DNA of 64,000 nucleotides. Source: Octopus sinensis (lineage: Eukaryota). The notes beneath the pieces are model-generated. The model was not told the DNA's origin, made no database searches, and saw nothing but the letters and a program-made list of their open reading frames with translations. Positions 26,272-37,480 of the stretch are shown here, in pieces. How positions within the stretch are numbered: the stretch's first letter is position 1; each line of letters starts with the position of its first letter. The DNA lies in NCBI RefSeq assembly GCF_006345805.1, contig NC_042998.1:184760001-184824000 (forward strand), read 5' to 3'. Made by a program: the position numbers and the translations under genes.

Positions 26272-26810
26272 TACTTTTCTGCAGGTCGACGATGCATGTT
26301 TCAATTCAAAACTTTTTCAGCCTTTATGGTAGCATTTTGGGTGTTGTGCCAAGTGTACTAATTGCTATAGGAATAATTGTAGTCCTGGTTTTCTGCAGTC
26401 TTCTCAGCTTTCTGGTTAGATCCTGATATCTCTATTTTTCTTTTCAATTTATTTTGTATCGACTCTGCTGTCATAAGTAATTGCCAATCTAATGATCTTT
26501 CACCGTTTGTTTATATGATCATATCTGGTCTTCTCGCTTCAATAATATAGTTAGTCTTTGAATCCAATATCTTTCTCAATCGCCGTATATACTCTTTCTT
26601 TGTCTGCTCTTCATATCATCATGCTTTATTTCATCTACCTCAAGTATTCCTAGGTATTTATATCCGGATTCTGGTTCAATTGCTTTCATTATTTCACTTG
26701 TTGGCATACATTTATCTTTCTGATCTGAGAAGCTTTCCTCGTGTCATCACAATCGCAGTACATTTTAAAAGTTCAAACTCCATCTTGATATCATTTGAGA
26801 CAACCCACAA
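26272..26810 (-). mobile_element. R4/Dong-type non-LTR retrotransposon relic (RT end + restriction-like endonuclease)
   Basis: Minus strand reads SNDIKMEFELLKC...GYKYLGILEVDEIKH...KEYIRRLRKIL, then IIEARRPDMII and TIIPIAISTLGTTPKM; all are motifs of RLE-type R4/Dong elements. Confidence 0.75.
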
Positions 26811-26880
26811 ATTAATTGACAAAATAATTGACCAACCTCCTTTCTAAATTTCTGGCCCTGTGCTTTTGTTAAAAATGACG

Positions 26881-26947
<67 letters not shown>

Positions 26948-26973
26948 CATTGTTATTGTTATTGTTGTTGTTG

Positions 26974-27055
<82 letters not shown>

Positions 27056-27085
27056 TATCATTATTATTATTATTATTGTTATTGT
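26881..27085. repeat. (ATT)n/(GTT)n microsatellite
   Basis: Directly visible. Confidence 0.97.
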
Positions 27086-27086
27086 T

Positions 27087-27267
27087 AAGGCGACGAGCTG
27101 ACAGAATCGTTTGCATGCCGAAGAAATGATTAGCGCTATTTCGTCTGCCGCTATGTTCTGAGTTCAAATTCCGCAGAGGTTGACTTTGCCTTTCGGGGTC
27201 GATTAACTAAGTACCAGTTACGCACAGTGGTCGATGTAATTTCAGGCTTTGTGCTTATAATAGAAAG
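27087..27267 (+). mobile_element. SINE family B with internal deletions, in an (ATT)n tract
   Basis: aaggcgacgagctgacagaatcgtt...ttctgagttcaaattccgcagaggttgactttgcctttcggggtcga. Confidence 0.85.
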
Positions 27268-27475
27268 TGATTATTACTATTATTACTATTATTATTATTA
27301 TGTTGTTGTTGTTTTAATCGCAACTCACTCATTTGGGATAGACTCTATTTTGTTTAGTCTTTCGACTTCTCTCCCCACCGCTCTCTCTCCTTACTCTCCT
27401 TGTACTCTCTCTCTCTCGTGCATTCCCTCATTCTCACTCTCTCTCTCTATCTCCATCCCTCTCTCTCTCTCTCTC

Positions 27476-27529
<54 letters not shown>

Positions 27530-28704
27530 TCAGTTCTACTCTTCCTCTTTTTGACGTTTATTAAATCACTCTCTTATCCTGTAACTTTCTTCTTATTTGT
27601 TAATCTCTTTCTTCGGTTTGTTATTCTCGCTCTCATACACTCTTTCCTCGTCTATTCCGTTTCGTTCGTTCCTTATGCTCTCATAGCTTCAGGGTATTTT
27701 ACGTTTGAATCATTTTAAAGGAGCCAATTTTTCTTCAAGGTCATGTGACTGCATCGTGGCAGCATTCTAATAGGATCAACAATAACAATAGCAAAAACAA
27801 CAACAGCAGTAGCAGGAGCAATGACAGATACAGCAGCCGTAGCAGCAGTAGCAGCAGCATCAATAGCTACAACTGCTACAAGTACAAAAATGGTAACATT
27901 TAAAATGGAGCTGGATCGCTTGCTTTGGAAATTTTTCAGCAAACTTAACAGATCCAAGCGTTATTTGTGCGTATTGACACGTTGTTTCGCCCGAGGAAAT
28001 ATCGTTCGTACCGGAAGTGGCTTTCTGCACGCTATTCACTTACCGTAGAATAACGGAAACCAACGACAAAGTTAAATAAGAAAAAAGTTAATAAGCAATA
28101 ATTAAGAATAAAAGATTTACTGCTTTAAATTGGCATCAGAATTTGGCATTAAATTAAACTGTATATAGCCTCTCTGGATGTAGATTGAATTATATAGTGT
28201 TACCTGGAGGGCCTAAAGATGAGGAGGAATATCAGTTCGTGAATGGTTTGGAATATGTGGATTCGAGAATACTTTAGAATGATTTTTCTGTTAATACGAG
28301 AGAACATATCGGCGTGTACAATTGTGTATGCGCGTGTGTTTGTATGTATGTCTCTATGTATGAATGCACGTAGATACATATATATGTGTGTCTGGGTGTA
28401 AACATACATTTACATTGACATGCAAACACACACGTATATAAAGCATACATTTAAATGTGTATGTGTTTGTGTGTGTGTCTGTGTGTACGTTTATCTCTTG
28501 TGTGATATGTGTAAGTATGTGCAAATGCATTGTATGTTGTTTCAAGGATATAAATGAACGAATGGATGTTTTAGACATGAAGATAATGGCGAAAGCATAC
28601 TGGTGTAGTCTAAGTAGTTTTTAAAGTAGATGCAGGTTTGTGTGTACCTTTGTAGAGTGGGTCGCACAAAGTCTTTAACGCTATCAACACACACACACAC
28701 ACGC

Positions 28705-28978
28705 ACACACACTGGACTTGAGCCTAAATCATTTGAGACACAAGCTCGAGACCGTACCAAGTGGCAGTGTTCCATCACCATTAGAAGCAAAAACGTCGAA
28801 ACCACCAGAAGAGAGAAGAAAGAAAACAAACGTCAGGAGAAAAAGACTCGATAAAAATCAACCTCTTCCTCCACCAACATTACCATACAGTTAATGCAAT
28901 CGACTCTTCATGCAAGAACTGGTCTAAGTCATCATCGCCATCATAAGAAACATTCTGCTAAGAAGAAACGACAACGAC
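28705..28978 (+). mobile_element. RTE-clade LINE 3' end with a terminal CCHH-like finger
   Basis: QARDRTKWQCSITI...RREKKENKRQ...CNRLFHARTGLSHHRHH; homologous to 13195-13423. Confidence 0.7.
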
Positions 28979-29268
28979 GCAATGGCCCAGTGGTTAGGGC
29001 AGCGGACTCGCGGTCGTAGGATCGCGGTTTCGATTCCCAGACTGGGCGTTGTGAGTGTTTATTGAGCGAAAACACCTAAAGGTTCACGAGGCTCCGTCAG
29101 GGGATGGTGGCGATCCCTGCTGTACTCTTTCGCTACAACTTTCACTCTTTCTTCTATTGGCCTGCTCGCTTAACCAGCGGGGTGGCGTCATTTAAAGGCT
29201 AAAACAATGCGAAACGCATTGTGACCAGCGATGTGTAGCAACATCTGATAGCCTGGTCGGTCACGGTG

Positions 29269-29272
<4 letters not shown>
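28977..29272 (+). mobile_element. SINE family C (tRNA-derived head), near full length
   Basis: Box A tggcccagtgg, box B ggtttcgattcc; body ends tggtcggtcacggtgat + (TA)n. Confidence 0.9.
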
Positions 29273-29346
<74 letters not shown>

Positions 29347-29931
29347 ATGATAATTGATGAAGTAACCAGAAGATAGATATGGTATTAATCTTTATTTTGT
29401 ACAACGGTCTTTTCGACCCATGTTGCTACTGTTCCGTGTTGATGGGACCCCGTTCAACATGATGTATTGCATCCATCTTACAGTCTGGATCTCATCGGAT
29501 ACCTCCATGCATTCCCTAATCATCCTGAACTCAAGATCATTAGCATTACATGGGAGCCTATGTAAGTATCTAAGGGCCCCATCCCCTAAAGTCTGAGAAT
29601 TTTTTATTCACTCGTGGGAGAATGCATTAATTATTTCAGCCTGGTTGTGTTTGTAGACAGTTGAAAAGAATATTTAAAAAAAAATTAAATGATAGCATTC
29701 TAGTTGCGGGTGGCCCCACTTAGTCTCCTGGCAACCAATATTTTTATGTATAGGTTATGAGAGGTAATGGTGTCAATAAAACCCAAAGGTATCAGGTAAT
29801 GCTGAGTAAGTGCTATGGATAGACTATAGTTAAGCTCCAGGTTCGGTGATTATGCGAATGAGGAGTCCAACGTACGTCATATATCAGCATGTGTATATAT
29901 AAAAAATTTCAGAATGAGATAAAAATCCAAG

Positions 29932-29967
<36 letters not shown>

Positions 29968-29982
29968 TGTATGTATGTATGT

Positions 29983-30133
29983 GGAGGCGCAATGGCCCAG
30001 TGATTAGGGCAGCGGACTCGCGGTCGTAGGATCACGGTTTCGATTCGTAGACCAGGCATTGTGTGTGTTCATTGAGCGAAAACACCTAAAAGCTCCACTA
30101 GGCTCCGGCAGGGGTTGGTGGCGACTCCTGTTG
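29983..30133 (+). mobile_element. SINE family C 5' half, fused to the LINE
   Basis: ggaggcgcaatggcccagtgattagggcagcggactcgcggtcgtagg... matches 28977-29125, then stops. Confidence 0.9.
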
Positions 30134-33091
30134 TTTAAAGCAAAGCTACATTACTCTATATACTGCCTTTATGGAAAATTCGATAAAATATATTCTACAA
30201 TTTTTGCGGAAATACACATACCACAGTATGTTGTACTACGGGCTGACAGAAAAGAAAGGAGTCATGGAGGAGTTGCTATGTATATCCGTGAGGACCTCAC
30301 ACCCCAGGTCCTTTTGTCATACTCAAATTCGGTGTGTGACACACTAATTGTACATATAAGGCAACTTGGTGTAGTTATATGTGCTACATATCGCCCTCCA
30401 GCTGCCCCAAGCCATGTAGTCAAGTTTGAAGACTGCCTTATAAAAATAGAAGAAGTTCTAGTCACATTAGAACAACACATAAGTGTACTTCTTATGGGAG
30501 ACTTCAATCTACCCAATGTCAGATGGCCCGAGGGCCTTTCTCTCCCAGGAATGACACGATGCGAACGAGGACAGGCGAGGTCCCTCCTGAACCTCATCAA
30601 TACTCTGTACATGAAGCAAGTAATACTCCAACCAACCAGGGCAGGTAACATACTGGATCTCTGCTTCACAAATAATATCGATCTCATCCATAATGTGAAA
30701 GTGACACCGACACTACTCTCGAATCACATGGTAGAGCTGACCATGTACGGGCCAAAGGAAAGCATGGACATGCAGCCTACAAGAAACTCTCAGAATCTTT
30801 CCAGCTTGAACTTCCATAAGGCAAACTGGAAACAAATTGAGAAAGAGATCCTCAAACAAAACTGGCCTGAATGTCTCTCCTCGCCAGACATCGACATGAA
30901 ACTTCAACAATTAATGTCTGTAATGCAAGCCATATGCTACAAATGTGTCCCAGAGAGAAAGGCCACTGTACACAAGAGCAAAATCCCCGGAGAGAGGAAA
31001 ATTCTAATGAGACGGCGTACAAAAGTTTCAAATCGCCTAAACAAACAAATTGAAAGCTATGAAAAGTCCCGCCTGAAAATAAAACTGTTGGAAATTGAAA
31101 AATGTCTGCAACTCTCCCATGAAAAAGAAAGAGCAGACAAAGAAGCCTGGGCTATAGACAACATAAAATCTAACCCCAGAGGTTTTTACAGGTATGCCAA
31201 AGAAACAGCTACGGTGCACTGTAGGATAGGGTCACTCCTTGAAAATGATGGCACACTCACAGGAAATCCAATGAGGGTAAGTGAAATACTAAATGAGCAA
31301 TTCAAGAGTATTTTCACTCCACCCCTTGGGCATTTTCAAGTCAGCAATCCAACTGACTTCTTTACCACTGCAGACATAAAATCAGAGGCAGCGATGATTG
31401 ATTACATCAATATAAAGGCTATTGATGAAATGAAAACAAACTCAGCTACTGGCCCCGATGGATTCCCAGCAATCCTTCTAAAAGTATGTAAGAGAGTCCT
31501 AGCAAGACCACTGCAGTTCCTCTTTCAGAGCTTCCTTGCAACTGGCAAACTTCCAAGAAAACTGAAGGAAGGTAAAATATGCCCTATTCATAAAGGAGGT
31601 AGCAGAGCGGAGGCCAAGAACTACAGACCTATTTCTCTGACCTCACACATCAGCAAGGTCATGGAACGAATAGTCAGAAGGAAACTAATCACCTTCCTTG
31701 AAGAAAATGACTTGCTGCCTGACACCCAACATGGTTTCCGACCAGGAAGAAGCTGCTTAACTCAGCTCCTACAACATTATGACTGGGTGCTGAAACGACT
31801 GCTCAGCCACTCAAATGTGGAAGTCATATATCTCGACTTTGCAAAGGCCTTTGATAAAGTCGATCATGGAATGATATGTCACAAACTGCGTGATCTTGGC
31901 ATAGTTGGAAAATTGGGAGAATGGCTTCATGACTTTCTGAAGGATAGAAGTCAGGTGGTAGTAGCCAATGGGGCCACTTCCATTAACACGCAAATAGTGA
32001 GCGGTGTTCCGCAAGGCACTGTTTTGGGACCACTACTGTTCATAATGGCCCTCTCAGACATGCCTTCAGCCAAGCAGAGAGCCACGATCACAAGTTATGC
32101 AGATGATACAAAAGTTTCACAGGCAATACAGAACCCTGAAGACACTAAGCACCTGCAATGTGAGCTGGACGAAATATACAAGTGGGCTGAAAAGAATAGC
32201 ATGCAGTTCAATGCTGAAAAGTTTCAAGCTTTATACTATCAGCATGCAAAACTAAATGCAATACCCAATAAAAACACTGGACCTGGAGGGATTGCAATCC
32301 CAGAGGCACAATCAGTGCGAGACCTGAGTATTTACATGAGTGATGATGCAACCTTTCATGTGCATGTTGCTAAATTAGCAATGAATTGTAGGCGGCTGAC
32401 CGGATAGATTCTTAGAACCTTTAGAACAAGAGACCAGGAAACCATGATGATCCTTTGGAGGACATTTGTCCTAAGCCACTTTGACTATTGCTCTCAGCTA
32501 TGGTCACCATCCAGTGTCAAGTTAATCACAGAACTTGAGGCGATCCAACGAAGCTACACGAAGAAGATAGACTCTGTGCAGCATACAAACTATTGGGAAA
32601 GACTCAAGAGATTGAGACTCTATTCCTTAGAGCGTAGGCGAGAAAGATATGCCATAATATACATCTGGAAGATCCTAGGACTTGTCCCAAACTTTGGCAT
32701 CGAGAGTTACGCAAATGCCAGAACTGGGCGCCACTGCGTAGTGCCAAAGACTCCAAATTTGCCATCAAGATGTAGGACGAGATACTATGATAGCCTGGGC
32801 TTCCGAGGCCCACAGCTCTTCAATATCCTCCCGAAAAACCTAATGGGGTGGATGCAGATGTCTTTAAAATAAAACTGGATCTCTTCTTGTCAGGTGTCCC
32901 AGATGAACCAACTTCACGGCAGGTTCATCTGGGATGAGGGCAGCTGCATCGAACTCTCTCATGCACCAAATGACAATTGCTAAAAAGCATTCGTGAAGTA
33001 AAATCATGTAGCAACACAAAATGGTGGTGCCCCAGCATGGCCACAGCTTGTGAGCTGAAACTAGATAAAAAAATAAATAAAAATAATAAAA
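30134..33091 (+). mobile_element. 5'-truncated CR1-group LINE (CR1/L2 superclade), ORF2 and 3' UTR
   Basis: APE motifs (GGVAMY, YRPP, GDFNLP, PTR..NILDL); RT motifs (NYRPISL, QHGFR..RSC, YLDFAKAFDKVDH, GVPQGTVLGPLLF, YADD); CR1-type C-terminus (DYCSQLWSP, YWERLKRLRLYSLERRRER); A-rich tail. Confidence 0.95.
30206..32925 (+). pseudogene. LINE ORF2 endonuclease-reverse transcriptase, disrupted
   Basis: ORFs 30059..32407 and 32444..32872 are in the same frame, separated by one TAG (32405-32407) at the expected GWILRTF Trp. Frameshift near 32840 (DVFKIKLDLFLSGVPDEP lies in another frame); APE N-terminus missing. Confidence 0.9.
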
Positions 33092-33092
33092 T

Positions 33093-33275
<183 letters not shown>

Positions 33276-33390
33276 CAAAATAGACTCTGTGCAGCATATA
33301 AGCTATTGGGAAAGACTCAAGAGATTGAGACTCTATTCCTTAGAGCGTAGGCGAGAAAGATATGCCATAATATACATCTGGAAGATCCTA
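33276..33390 (+). mobile_element. 115-bp LINE ORF2 fragment, homologous to 32564-32677
   Basis: Near-identical to 32564-32677 except a few substitutions (QHISYW versus QHTNYW). Confidence 0.95.
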
Positions 33391-34420
33391 TCCCTTTCAA
33401 CCTTGCAAGAAGGATATGCACAATAATGTCAGAACAAAATACCAGGAACTTTAGACTACAAGAACTCAAAAACACCCTAATTGACAGACACTACCCAGCT
33501 CAACTAATAGAGGATGGGATCAGACGTGCAACAGAAATTGACATAGAAACTTTAAGAAAAGTTCAACACAACAACACACCTTCCCCGAAAATACTGCCTT
33601 ACATATCCACATACAACCCCAGAAACAAAGAAGCCTTCACCATCATCACCCAGAATTTACCAATACTTCATAAGGACACCAAATTAAAGGAAATTCTAAA
33701 CATACATAAAATCATTAAAAGCTACAAACAACCTAAATCACTTAAAAAGATTCTCACAAAGGCAAAATTGTTTTCTGAAATTACGGATGCAAAAGTTTAA
33801 AAATGTGGTAGACCAAACTGCGCAACATGCCCAAACCTTCTAGAAGGATCAGAATTCCTTTTCAAAGAGGGACAAAAATTCAAGATCAGATCTAATTTTA
33901 CTTGTGCTTCTGAAAACATAATTTATGTCATAAGGTTCTCGGGCTGCCACCAAAACTACGTGGGGTCCACGGGACTATCACTCAGACGTAGATACACTCT
34001 GCATCGACAACAGATTGCATTCCCAGAATACAGAATGATACCCTTTAGTGAGCATATTGAGAAATGCGCAAAGCAACTACTACCACAATTTTTAATCTTT
34101 CCATTCTATCAATGTGCTATTGGAACACCAATACAAGTTAGATTAAACAAGGAAACATTCTTCATTGAAAAATATAAGCCCAAACTTAACCACTCTAACA
34201 TTCTTATACAGAGAAACTCATCCCATTAAATAAAGTGTAAAGAAATATAAAGCGATTATCTCCCGTATACCGGAAGAAATCGTTTATTACCTCCCCCTAC
34301 CTGGAACTCTTCTTTGCACTTCATAACGAAGACATAACACGATGTAAATAAAGACATTTGAGAAATCTGAAAAGTTAACACGAAACCAGTAATTTCTTCA
34401 AAAACTATGTTATTGTATGA
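33388..34420 (+). mobile_element. 5'-truncated Penelope-like element (Neptune-type): RT C-terminus + GIY-YIG endonuclease + 3' flank
   Basis: IPFNLARRICTI...YPAQLI...YISTYNP; one in-frame TAA (33798-33800); Cys linker CGRPNCATC; IIYVI..C..YVGST...R...H...KETFFIEKYKPKLN. Confidence 0.9.
34361..34397 (+). ncRNA. Minimal type I hammerhead ribozyme motif (degenerate, G8>A)
   Basis: Stem I agaaat/atttct, core ctgaaaa, stem II gt-taac-ac, GAAA, minimal stem III c-ca-g, GUA cleavage triplet; 130 nt after the PLE stop codon. Confidence 0.65.
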
Positions 34421-34551
34421 AAAATTTTATAACATTCTTCTAACATAATGACTCAAATATATTCTTTAACCTTATAAAACAAGCCTTCTGTAGTTTTTTC
34501 ACTCTTTACTCTATATATTCAACCACGTGCTTTCACACACCAACTTTCTTA

Positions 34552-34603
<52 letters not shown>

Positions 34604-34721
34604 TAGATAGATAGAGATAGAGATATAGATATGTGTGCGTATGTATGTATATATATATATATATATATATATAGATAGAGATAGAGATATAGATATGTGT
34701 GCGTATGTATGTATATATATA

Positions 34722-34798
<77 letters not shown>

Positions 34799-35883
34799 AC
34801 ATCGTTGTCCTCGTTCGCCGCTAAGGCAATTTTTCCAAAATACGCCAGCCAGACCTGTTTGCACTGTTATTAGTCGTAAGACACTTGCTGTTTTTACCAT
34901 TATTGCTTTTGTATTCCACGTTTTTGTATTTCATTATTGTTTTTTGTTTTTTATATTCGTGTGGCACCGTCCGTTTGCTGTCTTTGTGTTCGTATGCATT
35001 CGATCCTTCTTCCAGGAAATCTACGCTCCTAGCTTAGTTTTTCTAATGCTCGTTGCTTAGTTTTTCCTGGCGGGCTGGCCGGTTCTAGTAATCTCAAGAT
35101 TAATCAGCCGAAATTACTACGATGATCCGGTTCTTGGCTGGGGACTGGGGGCTTCGAATGTTCTGTCTGTGTTTGTTGTATCGTCTTCTAAGTTTTTATG
35201 CGTTCTTGTCTCAGTCTGTATTTTTCTACATATCATAATATACATATGTATGTATGCACTAGTCTATGAGATGTTCACACTTGGCAAAATATACGTTTAA
35301 ACGATTTAAATAAACGTAACTTAGCATCTGTAGTAATTATACAAGTTAAAATAATGATTGTGATAATTAATGATATTTATGCAAATAATACTAATAAATA
35401 TAATAATAATAACAACAATAATATTAATTGAGGGTAAGAACCCAAAATAAGTAAAATACCTCTGAATAAATAATGTACTCCATACAGTAAAATGTAAACA
35501 AAACTACTACACTTAATTGTAATATAAACATTTTAAAACCACGATTCAACTGTAATATCAGTAGAGGTGATTATAAGACTAAAATTGAATAAAATTCAAA
35601 AAGTAATGCTACCACCTTCAACTAAAAACCAACATGGGAAGCTTGTTTGAATTAGTTCACTTTGAAAACGTCATAAGTGATGAACTCTTGATAAAACTGC
35701 TGCGATTAGGATCATAATTGCATACAGAGCAATGTGCAGTTGGTGTGGTAGAAACATATATTGGTCAGTGTTATATATGCCGTAGAAAACTTCTTAATAA
35801 TAAAAGTTTTGGATGTGAATAAATCTCCACTCTCGTCTTGGTTTTCCATTCTCTCTCTCTCTCTCTCTCACACTCTCTCTCTC

Positions 35884-35936
<53 letters not shown>

Positions 35937-35964
35937 GTTAATAAAATAGAACATATGCATATAT

Positions 35965-36200
35965 ATAAACATATATGTACGTACCTACCTCTACATGTAC
36001 ATATACACGCATATATGTGTACAGGACACCAAAAAGACGTCGAACACATAGAGAGACGAAAAACATAGACACAAACCAAGGAACAAGACAAGCAAAAAAA
36101 AAGGAGATACAGGACAATAAGCACAACGAAAAATCCCCTTCTTCAGTCGCTAAGGTTTCATCTACTAAACGTTTCGAAGGATAAAAGCGAGACGTATACT
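35965..36200 (-). repeat. Unclassified interspersed repeat (family G), copy 1
   Basis: Reverse complement matches 54775-55025 (cgtctcgc...ccttcgaaacg...gtagatgaaac...ctgaagaagggg...tgtgttcgac...gtcctgtac...gtaggtacgtacatatatg). Confidence 0.75.
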
Positions 36201-36714
36201 TCGAAGAAAACTTCCTTCCTGCGAAAAGCAAATCAATTAAAATTCTGAGATCTTTTCGCAGAGGGGTAAAAAAAGCAAGACGGTAACGACAGTACAAACA
36301 TATAAACAGTAAAAAATATATATATAAACAGTGGAAAAATAAATATATAACAGTGAGAGACAGGACAAGGAGAACAAGATAAGAAGGGCTGTTACGCCAG
36401 ACGAAAAAAGTATTGCAAACGCTGGATTAAAGTGGACGACGAGAGAGAAAAAATGTCGACCAGTAGCCTTAGAAGCGGGCGAGAAAAGACAGGATAGCAG
36501 TTACGACGGAAGTATCGTCGCAGATGGACGACGGGAATGGGGGAGGAGGAGCAAGAGGAAGAGAGAGAAGAAGGGGAATGGTGCGAGGAGACCATGAAGA
36601 ATGGTGAAAGGGAGAGAGAGAATGAAGAATGAGAGAGAGAGGAAGAGACAAGTTAAGTGAGGGAAAAAAGACGAAAAAGGGAATGGGAGAGAAAGAAAGA
36701 AAGATGCAGAGTCG

Positions 36715-36810
36715 ATTTTTTTATAATTATAATCAGGGTTCAGCAAAAAAATTTGCTCCACCACATACCGAAATTTAGAAATAGCACCCAAAGAAACTAG
36801 CTATTTCTCT
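36715..36810 (+). repeat. Partial copy of the foldback element core
   Basis: gggttcagcaaaaaaatttgct...ccgaaatttagaaatag...aaagaaactagctatttctc repeated at 37286-37372. Confidence 0.85.
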
Positions 36811-37163
36811 ACCGTAAGAAAATCTCTCAGATAACATATACTCAAAAACAATTCACGTAGGCAGAAATTCACTCGGCATTTGATTAACTGTGGACGCGTT
36901 TCGGAGTTAGATAGATATGAAAAATGCAAAAATCGCATTTCCATTTCAATCACAGTATTTCAGGATTTTAAATTTGAAAGCAGTGAAAAAATTGAACATG
37001 CCTATCCGATTCAAGTAAGATCAGACAAACTATATCCAATGACCAGTACCAACGAATTCAAAACATACGAATGTGGTCTCGTATTCAACCCACGTGTGTT
37101 GTCGAGTAAAAAATTCTACAGAAAAAACTGTAGTTTATTATCAGGGAGAGAATTATATTATCA

Positions 37164-37480
37164 ATAATAATAAAGGGTAAAATTAATTAATTAATTAATA
37201 ATTAATATTTCCACCAGGTAGTATTCGGCATGTTAAAAGGACCATTATCGGTAAACTTAAACAGTATTTTTTATAATTATGAGTATAATTATAATTAGGG
37301 TTCAGCAAAAAAAATTTGCTTCACCGCATACCGAAATTTAGAAATAGTAGCCAAAGAAACTAGCTATTTCTCAATTATAAAAAATATTGTTTAAGTTTAC
37401 CGATAACGGTCCTTTTAACATGCCGAATACTACTTATTGGAATTATTAATTATTAATTAATTAATTAATTTTACCCTTCA

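Noticed and set aside
28977-29050. tRNA gene-like sequences (also 29983, 51968 and family A/B heads)
   Set aside because: Boxes A and B are present but there is no acceptor stem or terminator, and they continue into SINE bodies.
30059-30205. GTG start of the 782-aa ORF
   Set aside because: Lies in a SINE head and filler; LINE homology begins at ~30206.
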